This document shows, one piece after another, positions 9,111-16,786 of a stretch of 64,000 nt of DNA. This DNA is from Bacteroidales bacterium. Lineage in GTDB: Bacteria; Bacteroidota; Bacteroidia; Bacteroidales; UBA932. A program made the translations under genes and the position numbers. The stretch is from the NCBI GenBank assembly GCA_017558775.1, contig JAFYTP010000075.1, forward strand, positions 2,228 through 66,227, in the 5' to 3' direction. How positions within the stretch are numbered: position 1 is the first letter of the stretch; each line of letters begins with the position of its first letter. A model generated the notes under the pieces. The model did not search any database. It was not told the DNA's origin and saw only the letters and a list, made by a program, of their open reading frames with translations.

Positions 9111-11318
9111 ATGAGATTTCATACCTTATTTCTCGCCGCGGCGGCCGCTTTCCTGACCGTCGGCTGCACAAAAACCTCTACTGAAGACTATGCTTCCTTC
9201 GTGAACCCGAAAATCGGCACCGGCGGCCACGGCCACGTGTTCGTGGGCGCGAACGTACCCTTCGGTTTCGTCCAGCTCGGCCCCACCAGCATCCCGGAGG
9301 ACTGGGACTGGTGCTCCGGCTACCACGACAGCGACCGGACCGTCATCGGCTTCAGCCATACGCACCTCAGCGGCACCGGCATCGGTGACCTGTTCGACGT
9401 CACGGTGATGCCCACGACCGAGCGCACGACGCCCGGCCGCGGCACGGAAGACCAGCCCGGCATCGGCGCATGGTCCTATGCGGACCGGACGAAGGAAATC
9501 GCCGAACCCGGCTATTATAGCGTTCCGCTGGAGCGCTACAACATCGTCGCGGAATTGACCGCCACCGCCCGCGTGGGCATGCACCGCTATACCTTCCCGG
9601 CTTCCGAGGACGCTTACCTGCTCTTCGACCTGGAGAACGGCGGTTGCTGGGACAGCGTGCGCGACGCCGGCTTCGAGGTCGAGAAGGATGAGAACGGCCG
9701 CATCAAGGCCCTCGGCGGCTACCGCTTCTCCCACGGCTGGGCGGACAACCAGAAAATCTTCTTCTGGGCCGAATTCTCCCGCCCGGCGGAGGACTTCACC
9801 GTCGTCGAGAATCCCGCCAACGACAATCCCGTGCGCAAACCTGTCTATGGCTACTATTCCCTGGGCAGCACCCAGGAAGGCGAGCAGGTGCTCGTAAAGG
9901 TCGCCCTCTCCCCCGTTTCCATCGACGGTGCCAAGGCCAACATGGCCGCGGAACTGCCCGGCTGGGACTTCGAGGCCGTGAAGGCCGATGCCCGCAAGGC
10001 CTGGAACGAGGAGCTGAGCAAGGTCGATGTCACCTGCAGCGACCCCGACACCAAGACCGTCTTCTACACCGCCCTCTACCACACGATGATCGCCCCGTCC
10101 GTCTTCAATGACGTGGACGGCCAGTACCGCGGTTCCGACGACGTCGTCCGCCAGGGCAACTTCCAGAACTACACCACCTTCTCCCTGTGGGACACCTACC
10201 GCGCCCAGATGCCGCTGATGACGATTCTCCACGCGGACCGCTGCAATGACATCACCGCTACCTTCTACCACATCTACGAGGAGCAGGGCGACCTGCCGGT
10301 CTGGCACCTGATGGGCTGCGAGACCGACTGCATGGTCGGCAACCCGGGCCTCATCGCCTTCGCCGACAACATCGTCAAGGGCTTCCAGGCCGGTCTCTCC
10401 AAGGAGCAGCTGATCACCGCGATGACCAAGACCGCCACCACGCCCGACCGCGGCCAGGACTTCCGCATGGAATACGGCTACATCCCCGCCGACCTGTATG
10501 ACGAATCCGTCGCCGTCGACATGGAATACGCCGTTGCCGATGGTGCCCTGGCCAATGCCGCCGCCTTCCTGGGCGACGAGGCCACCGCCGCCGAATACCT
10601 TGAGCGCAGCCACTCTTACCGCCATTTCTGGGATCCGGACCTGCAGTTCATGCGCGGCCGCAAGGTCGATGGCAGCTTCACCGAACCCTTCGACCCGATC
10701 TACTCCAACCACCGGGTCTCCGAATACACCGAGGGTACCGCCTGGCAGTACATCTGGCTCGTCCCGCAGGATGTCGACGGTCTCGTGGACCTGTTCGGCT
10801 CCCGCGAAGCCACGGTCGCCAAACTGGACGGCCTGTTCGAGGCGCCGGACCACATTGAGGGCGAGAACGCTTCCGCCGATATTTCCGGCCTCATCGGCCA
10901 GTATGCCCACGGCAACGAGCCCGGGCACCACACCATCTACCTGTACTCGATGCTCAACGAGCCCGACAAGGCCGCCGACCGTCTCCGTCAGGTCTATAAG
11001 GAAATGTATTTCAACGATGTGGAAGGCCTCGCCGGCAATGAGGATGTAGGTCAGATGAGCGCCTGGTACGTGCTATCCAGCTTCGGTTTCTATCAGGTGG
11101 AGCCCGCGAATCCGCGCTTCTGGTTCGGCGCGCCGAACCTGGAGAAAGCGGTCGTGAAGGTCGCCGGCGGCGACTTCACCATCACCGCCAATGGCCTCTC
11201 CGCCGAGAACCGCTACATCCGCGGCGTCAAGCTCAACGGCCAGCCCTACGATCTCCCGTACATCGAGTACAAGGATATCGTGAAGGGCGGGACCCTCGAA
11301 TTCACCATGGGCAAATAA
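9111..11318 (+). CDS. GH92 alpha-mannosidase, lipoprotein
   Basis: Motifs GTGGHGHVFVGANVPFG, GFSHTHLSGTG, FSLWDTYRA, TEGTAWQY, HGNEPGHH and GNEDVGQMSAW. Lipobox TVGC. Confidence 0.93.
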   Translation: MRFHTLFLAAAAAFLTVGCTKTSTEDYASFVNPKIGTGGHGHVFVGANVPFGFVQLGPTSIPEDWDWCSGYHDSDRTVIGFSHTHLSGTGIGDLFDVTVMPTTERTTPGRGTEDQPGIGAWSYADRTKEIAEPGYYSVPLERYNIVAELTATARVGMHRYTFPASEDAYLLFDLENGGCWDSVRDAGFEVEKDENGRIKALGGYRFSHGWADNQKIFFWAEFSRPAEDFTVVENPANDNPVRKPVYGYYSLGSTQEGEQVLVKVALSPVSIDGAKANMAAELPGWDFEAVKADARKAWNEELSKVDVTCSDPDTKTVFYTALYHTMIAPSVFNDVDGQYRGSDDVVRQGNFQNYTTFSLWDTYRAQMPLMTILHADRCNDITATFYHIYEEQGDLPVWHLMGCETDCMVGNPGLIAFADNIVKGFQAGLSKEQLITAMTKTATTPDRGQDFRMEYGYIPADLYDESVAVDMEYAVADGALANAAAFLGDEATAAEYLERSHSYRHFWDPDLQFMRGRKVDGSFTEPFDPIYSNHRVSEYTEGTAWQYIWLVPQDVDGLVDLFGSREATVAKLDGLFEAPDHIEGENASADISGLIGQYAHGNEPGHHTIYLYSMLNEPDKAADRLRQVYKEMYFNDVEGLAGNEDVGQMSAWYVLSSFGFYQVEPANPRFWFGAPNLEKAVVKVAGGDFTITANGLSAENRYIRGVKLNGQPYDLPYIEYKDIVKGGTLEFTMGK

Positions 11319-11333
11319 CAAAACACTGATACA

Positions 11334-12437
11334 ATGGGAAACTACTCCAATGATTCCAGAATCGTCCTCACCCTGGACGCCGGCGGCACCAACATGGTGT
11401 TCGGCGCCATGCGGGGCGAAGAGTACGTGGGCTCACCCATCACCCTCCCGTCCAACGCCAACGACCTGGACCTGTGCCTGAAGACGATGGTCCTCGGGTT
11501 TGAGTCCGTGATGAATACCCTGGCGGAGAAGCCGGTCGCCATCAGCTTCGCCTTCCCGGGCCCGGCCGACTATCCGAACGGTATCATCGGCGGTTACCTG
11601 CCGAATTTCCCGTCCTTCCGCGACGGGGTGGCGCTGGGTCCGTTCTTGCAGGATAAGTTCGGCGTTCCCGTGTACATCAACAACGACGGCGACCTGTACG
11701 CCTTCGGCGAGGCGCTCGGCGGCGTGTTGCCGGAGGTCAATGAGAAGCTGGCGGCACTCGGCAGCGCCAAGCGCTACCACAACCTTATTGGCTATACCTT
11801 CGGCACGGGTTTCGGCATCGGCTGTGTCATCAACGGGCAGCTGAACCGCGGCGACAACTCCTGCGTGGAGACTTATTGCCTACCGCACAGCCGCATCCAT
11901 GATGTCATCGTGGAGGACGGCGTGGCTATCCGGGCCGTCAAGCGCGTCTATTGGGAGCGCTCCGGCGACAGCGATCCGTACCTGACGCCGAAGGACATCT
12001 TTGACATCGCCGAGGGCACCCGTCCCGGCAACCAGGAGGCCGCCGTGGCCGCCTTCTCCGAGATGGGCACTGTGGCGGGCAACGCGATGGCCCTGGCCGC
12101 ACAGCTCATGGACGGTCTCATCGTCATCGGCGGCGGCATCACCGCATCGAAGAAGTACTTTATGCCCAGCCTGCTGGAAGCCCTCCGCGGGACGGTCCGC
12201 ACCCTTTCCGGCGATACCCTCGCCAAGGTCCAGATGAAGGTCTACAACCTGGACGACGAGGCCGAATTCGCCGCCTTCGCCAAGGGCAGCGCCCGCGAGC
12301 TGAAGGTCTATGGATCAGAGAGAACCGTCACTTACGATCCGCAGAAGCGTATCGGTGTGATGATCTCCAAGGTCGGTGCTTCCAAGGCTATTTCTATCGG
12401 TGCGTATGACTTTGCACTGGCGCAGTTAGATGCTTAA
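11334..12437 (+). CDS. ROK family sugar kinase (mannose/hexose kinase)
   Basis: Motifs LTLDAGGTN, FPGP, INNDGDLYAFGEA, TFGTGFG and VIGGGIT. Confidence 0.88.
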   Translation: MGNYSNDSRIVLTLDAGGTNMVFGAMRGEEYVGSPITLPSNANDLDLCLKTMVLGFESVMNTLAEKPVAISFAFPGPADYPNGIIGGYLPNFPSFRDGVALGPFLQDKFGVPVYINNDGDLYAFGEALGGVLPEVNEKLAALGSAKRYHNLIGYTFGTGFGIGCVINGQLNRGDNSCVETYCLPHSRIHDVIVEDGVAIRAVKRVYWERSGDSDPYLTPKDIFDIAEGTRPGNQEAAVAAFSEMGTVAGNAMALAAQLMDGLIVIGGGITASKKYFMPSLLEALRGTVRTLSGDTLAKVQMKVYNLDDEAEFAAFAKGSARELKVYGSERTVTYDPQKRIGVMISKVGASKAISIGAYDFALAQLDA

Positions 12438-12445
12438 CACCATTA

Positions 12446-12558
12446 GGAGTCGGTGTGTTGTTTTCAAACCTATGCCACCCTCGGCATATAAGAGGGAGGG
12501 GCCCATCGAAGAAGGGAGGGACCGCGTAGCGGGGGTTTGAAAACAACATACCGACTCC
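12446..12558. repeat. Structured palindromic element (25-bp terminal inverted repeat with internal hairpins)
   Basis: GGAGTCGGTGTGTTGTTTTCAAACC at 12446-12470 pairs with GGTTTGAAAACAACATACCGACTCC at 12534-12558 (one G.T). Inner hairpins TATGCC/GGCATA and CCGC-GTA-GCGG. Core shared with 37088-37125. Confidence 0.8.
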
Positions 12559-12587
12559 CATCATATCTCTCATATATAGCATATAGA

Positions 12588-13604
12588 ATGTATCCATTGA
12601 AATTTGAACCTTTTTTGAGGACGATGGTATGGGGCGGGGAGAAGATTGCCTCATACAAGGGAATTAAAACAGATATCGAGCGTATCGGCGAGAGCTGGGA
12701 GCTGTCCGGGGTGCCGGAGCATCAGACGGCGGTGGCGAACGGGGCGTTGCGGGGAAAGACGATTACCGATATTGTGAAAGAGTATAAGGGCAGGCTCGTG
12801 GGAGAGCATGTGTATGCCCGGAACGGGGATGAGTTCCCGCTTTTGATCAAGTTCATCGACGCGCTCTCTGACCTTTCCATCCAGGTGCATCCGGATGATG
12901 CGATGGCGATGAGAAGACATGGGCAGCGGAACGGGAAGACCGAGATGTGGTATGTCGTGGCGGCCGATCCTGGGGCTTGTCTCTATTCGGGAATGAAGGT
13001 GGAAATCACACCTGAGGAGTATGAGCGGCGGGTGGCTGATGGAAGCATCACCGATGTGCTGGTGCGGCATGACGTACATCCGGGCGATGTGTTCTTCCTG
13101 CCGGCCGGGCGTATCCACGCCATCTGCAGCGGGTGCTTCATCGCTGAGATTCAGCAGACTTCCGACCTTACTTATCGCATCTTTGACTATGGCCGTCTGG
13201 GCCTGGACGGGAAGCCCCGCGAACTCCATACGGAGCTGGCAAAAGAAGCCATCGACTTCAAGGTCTATCCGGACTACCGGGTTCCCTATACGCCCGTCAA
13301 GGACGGGGAAAACGAAGTGGTCAGCTGCAAGTACTTCACCACCAGCATCTATGACCTGGACCATACGGTCCGCAAGGACCTCTCGGACATCGACTCCTTC
13401 CTCGTGGTCATGTGCCTTTCCGGCAGCGGCACCCTCACGGACTCCGAGCCCGTCTTTGACGAAGAAGGCCATCGCGGCCCCACCAAGGGCCACCGCACCA
13501 CCCTCCACCAGGGCGAAACGGTCCTCATCCCCGCCTCCTCCGTCGGCGTCACCTTCACCCCCGCCGAGGGCGGTATGAAACTCCTCACCAGCTATATCAA
13601 GTAG
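12588..13604 (+). CDS. manA: Mannose-6-phosphate isomerase, class I
   Basis: Motifs MVWGG, IGESWE, FPLLIKFIDA, LSIQVHPDD, GKTEMW and EIQQTSD.TYR. Start at ATG 12588. Confidence 0.92.
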   Translation: MYPLKFEPFLRTMVWGGEKIASYKGIKTDIERIGESWELSGVPEHQTAVANGALRGKTITDIVKEYKGRLVGEHVYARNGDEFPLLIKFIDALSDLSIQVHPDDAMAMRRHGQRNGKTEMWYVVAADPGACLYSGMKVEITPEEYERRVADGSITDVLVRHDVHPGDVFFLPAGRIHAICSGCFIAEIQQTSDLTYRIFDYGRLGLDGKPRELHTELAKEAIDFKVYPDYRVPYTPVKDGENEVVSCKYFTTSIYDLDHTVRKDLSDIDSFLVVMCLSGSGTLTDSEPVFDEEGHRGPTKGHRTTLHQGETVLIPASSVGVTFTPAEGGMKLLTSYIK

Positions 13605-13626
13605 CTGATTGCTAGCATATTAACGA

Positions 13627-13658
13627 TACAGAGGTGCACCGTTTGGTGCACCTCTGTA
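13627..13658. terminator. Hairpin between convergent manA and M3 peptidase genes
   Basis: Perfect 14-bp stem TACAGAGGTGCACC-GTTT-GGTGCACCTCTGTA. U-tracts are weak. Confidence 0.65.
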
Positions 13659-13684
13659 CATTTAAAAGACTGTGCCTCAGACTG

Positions 13685-15679
13685 TTACTCCAGGCCGCGG
13701 GAGCGGAGGAGGGCGGCGGGATCCGGGTCCGCGCCGCGGAAGGCGCGGAAGAGGGTCATGGGTTCTTCGGAGCCGCCGCGCTCGAGGAAGGTCTGGCGGA
13801 AGGCCTTGGCGGTGGCGGGGTTGAAGACGCCATCGGCCTTGAACTTCTCCCAGGCGTCCACATCCAGGACCTCGGACCACAGGTAGCTGTAGTAGCCGGC
13901 GCTGTAGCCGCTGTTGAAGATGTGGTTGAAGTAGGTGGTGCGGTAGCGCGGGATGATCTCGTCGATGAGGCCCATCTCGCCGCACACCTTCTCCTCGAAG
14001 TCGCGGATGGACTGGGCGCCGGTGAAGTTGGCCAGGTCATCCAGCGTGAGTTCGTGCCACTTCATGTCCAGGATGGAGGCGGCGCAAAGCTCGCCCGTGG
14101 TGAAGCCCTGGTTGAATTTCAGGGAGTTGCCGATCTTTTCCACGAGGGCGGCCGGGATGGGCTCACCGGTGCGGTAATCATGGGCATAAACGGCGAGGAT
14201 CTCCGGCTCGAAAGCGAAGTTCTCGTTGAACTGGGAGAACATCTCCACGAAATCGCGGGTGACGGCGGTGCCGGAAACGGTCTGGTAGCGGCACTTGGTC
14301 AGGAAGCCGTGCAGGGCGTGGCCGAACTCGTGGAAGGCGGTCTGGACATTGTCGATGGAAAGCATCGACGGAACCTCCTCCGTGGCCGGCGGGAAGTTGC
14401 AGACGTTGACGATGACGGGACGGACGTCCACGCCATCCTTGACATACTGCTCCCGGAAGTTGTTCATCCAGGCGCCGCCGCGCTTGGTGTCGCGGGAGAA
14501 CCAGTCCTGGTAGAAGATGCCGAGGAGCGAGCCGTCCGCGTCCGTGAGCTTGTAGGCCTTCGTCACAGGGTTGTAGACCTCCACCTCGGGCGCGGGCTCG
14601 ATGTGGATGCCATACACCTTCTCAGCGGCGTAGAAGACGCCCTTGGAGACGCTGTCAGCCGTGAAATAGGGCTTGGTCACGGATTCATCCAGGTCATACT
14701 TGAGGGCCCGGACTTTCTCCGCATAGTAGAACCAGTCCCAAGGCTCGATCTCGTGTCCGGCGACGGCCTCCATATCGGCCATCTCCTCGCGGGCTTTCCG
14801 CATCGACGCATCCATGATGGGCTTCAGGAACGCATCGACAGTCTCCGGGTCACCGGCCATCTTGTCGGCGAGGAGATACTCGGCGGAATTCTTGTAACCC
14901 AGGAGATTGGCCTTCTCGGTGCGGAGTTTCATAATCTCCAGGACGATGGCGTTGTTGTCGTACTCATTGCCGTTGTTGCAGCGGTTGGAGTAGGCCTTGA
15001 ACGCCTTCTCGCGCAGGGCGCGGTCCTCGCAGGTGGCCATGAAGTCCGGATACTCGGACACGGTCACGCCGATGGCATCGCGGAAAGCGTTGTTCTCCGC
15101 CAGGAGATTCTGGCCGAACTTCTGGCTCAGGGTGGCCAGGCGGCTGTTGATCTCCGCGAAACGGGCCTTGCCGGCGGCGTCGAGGCCGACGCCGTTGCGG
15201 ACGAACCGGTCGTAGAGTTTCTTCGTCACCATCTGCTGCTCGCGGTCGAGACCGTCCATGTTCTCATATACGGCCTTCACCCGGGCGAAGAGACCTTCGT
15301 CCATGAAAATCTCGTCGTCCGCCGCCGTGATGAGCGGGGTCACTTCCTCCTCGATCTGCTGGATTACCGGGGTGGAATCCGACTCGGAGAGGTTGAAAAA
15401 CACGCCCACCGCCTTCGACAGAAGGTCACCGGAGAGCTCATAAGCCGCAATCGTGTTCTCGAACGTGGGAGCGTCCGGATTGTCCACGATTGCGCGGATT
15501 TCGGCCTTCTGGGCCTCGATGCCGGCCTTGATGGCGGGCAGGTAATCCGCCTCCGTGATCTTGCTGAACGGCGCTGTTCCGAAAGGGGTATCCCACGTCT
15601 CCTCGAAAATCTTGCCCGCTTTCGGACCGCAGGCTGTCACTGTCAATGCCATTGCCACTAATATTCCAATCTTCTTCAT
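13685..15679 (-). CDS. M3 family metallopeptidase (peptidyl-dipeptidase Dcp-like), lipoprotein
   Basis: HEFGH zinc motif, KRGGAWM, RDFVE and HIF.SGYSAGYYSYLWSEVLD. Lipobox VTAC. Confidence 0.92.
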   Translation of the reverse strand: MKKIGILVAMALTVTACGPKAGKIFEETWDTPFGTAPFSKITEADYLPAIKAGIEAQKAEIRAIVDNPDAPTFENTIAAYELSGDLLSKAVGVFFNLSESDSTPVIQQIEEEVTPLITAADDEIFMDEGLFARVKAVYENMDGLDREQQMVTKKLYDRFVRNGVGLDAAGKARFAEINSRLATLSQKFGQNLLAENNAFRDAIGVTVSEYPDFMATCEDRALREKAFKAYSNRCNNGNEYDNNAIVLEIMKLRTEKANLLGYKNSAEYLLADKMAGDPETVDAFLKPIMDASMRKAREEMADMEAVAGHEIEPWDWFYYAEKVRALKYDLDESVTKPYFTADSVSKGVFYAAEKVYGIHIEPAPEVEVYNPVTKAYKLTDADGSLLGIFYQDWFSRDTKRGGAWMNNFREQYVKDGVDVRPVIVNVCNFPPATEEVPSMLSIDNVQTAFHEFGHALHGFLTKCRYQTVSGTAVTRDFVEMFSQFNENFAFEPEILAVYAHDYRTGEPIPAALVEKIGNSLKFNQGFTTGELCAASILDMKWHELTLDDLANFTGAQSIRDFEEKVCGEMGLIDEIIPRYRTTYFNHIFNSGYSAGYYSYLWSEVLDVDAWEKFKADGVFNPATAKAFRQTFLERGGSEEPMTLFRAFRGADPDPAALLRSRGLE

Positions 15680-15688
15680 GCTTTCTGG

Positions 15689-16783
15689 TTACTTTTGAAT
15701 CTTGACGCTGTTCTCGTCCACCAGCGCCAGCTGCGCCGCGCCGTTGTACACGGTGATGATGCCGGTCGCGGAGATGAGCGCGCCGTCCTGGGCGTTCGGA
15801 TCGCCAAGGATGGCCGGGTCGATCTCCGTATCCGCGAACTTGGCGTAGCCGCTGGTGCGGATCTGGACCGGGAGGCCCTGCGGCATGTGGAAGTAGTGAC
15901 TGGTCGTCACCGCCGATGCGTTCGCGCGGATGCTCTCCTTCACCGTGTAGCCGGTGAGTTCATCGAACACGTCGTCCATCCCCTTGTCCGAAGTTCCGCA
16001 ACGGTCGAAACAGCCGGCGTCCAGGTACTCCAGGAACTTGTTCTTGGACATCGCCCAGGTCGTGACGCCGTAGGTCTCGGAAGAGCAGAACACGCGGTTG
16101 GTGGAAGCCTTCTTGTCCTTATAGGGATCCACGTACAGGAGGATGAAGATGCGCTTGAACTTGTCGGAGGAATAGCTTCCCTTGGCACCGTACTGGAGGT
16201 CCTTGATGGTCACCAGCTGGCCCCAGAGCTTGTTCGTGTAGCCCTCGGTGAGGGCGGCCTGCAGTTCCTCTTCCGTGATGCCGAGCGGCGGGACCGGATC
16301 GCCCCAGGCGCCCCGAATCACGTGCGCGTCAATCAGATAGCGATTGTCCAGGTAGGAGGTCTCATACTCGCCGGTCGGATCCTCCACGCCCAGCTGCGGC
16401 ATTCCGTTGTACTGGCCGATGGTAAGGCCGCTGCACTTGACGTACACGGTCTGCCCCAGCTTGTAGTCACAGTACAGGGAGGTGAGGCCGAGCTTCACGC
16501 TGATGACGCCCGTCTCGTCCTGGATGTACAGTTCCCGGTAGATGTTGCCGGAGTGGTCGTCGGAAATGATCTTTCCGGAGATGACCATGTCGTCGTCCTC
16601 GATCTTGAGGACACCATGCTTTGCATAGAGGTCCTTGAGCTCGGCGATCGTAGCGGTCACTTCCAGTTCCTGGGGCTCATACATGTAGACGTCGTCGTAG
16701 GTCCCCGTGAACACCGGCTCCCATTCCTCGCAGGATGCGAAGGCCAACAGGGCCGAAGCAAGGATAACAAATGTCTTTTTCAT
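15689..16783 (-). CDS. DUF5689 (OB-fold) surface lipoprotein
   Basis: Lipobox FASC followed by acidic EEWE. Motifs TIAELK...ISDDHSGNIYRELYIQDETG, GQTVYVKCSGL and RTSGYAKFA. Confidence 0.8.
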   Translation of the reverse strand: MKKTFVILASALLAFASCEEWEPVFTGTYDDVYMYEPQELEVTATIAELKDLYAKHGVLKIEDDDMVISGKIISDDHSGNIYRELYIQDETGVISVKLGLTSLYCDYKLGQTVYVKCSGLTIGQYNGMPQLGVEDPTGEYETSYLDNRYLIDAHVIRGAWGDPVPPLGITEEELQAALTEGYTNKLWGQLVTIKDLQYGAKGSYSSDKFKRIFILLYVDPYKDKKASTNRVFCSSETYGVTTWAMSKNKFLEYLDAGCFDRCGTSDKGMDDVFDELTGYTVKESIRANASAVTTSHYFHMPQGLPVQIRTSGYAKFADTEIDPAILGDPNAQDGALISATGIITVYNGAAQLALVDENSVKIQK

Positions 16784-16786
16784 GGC

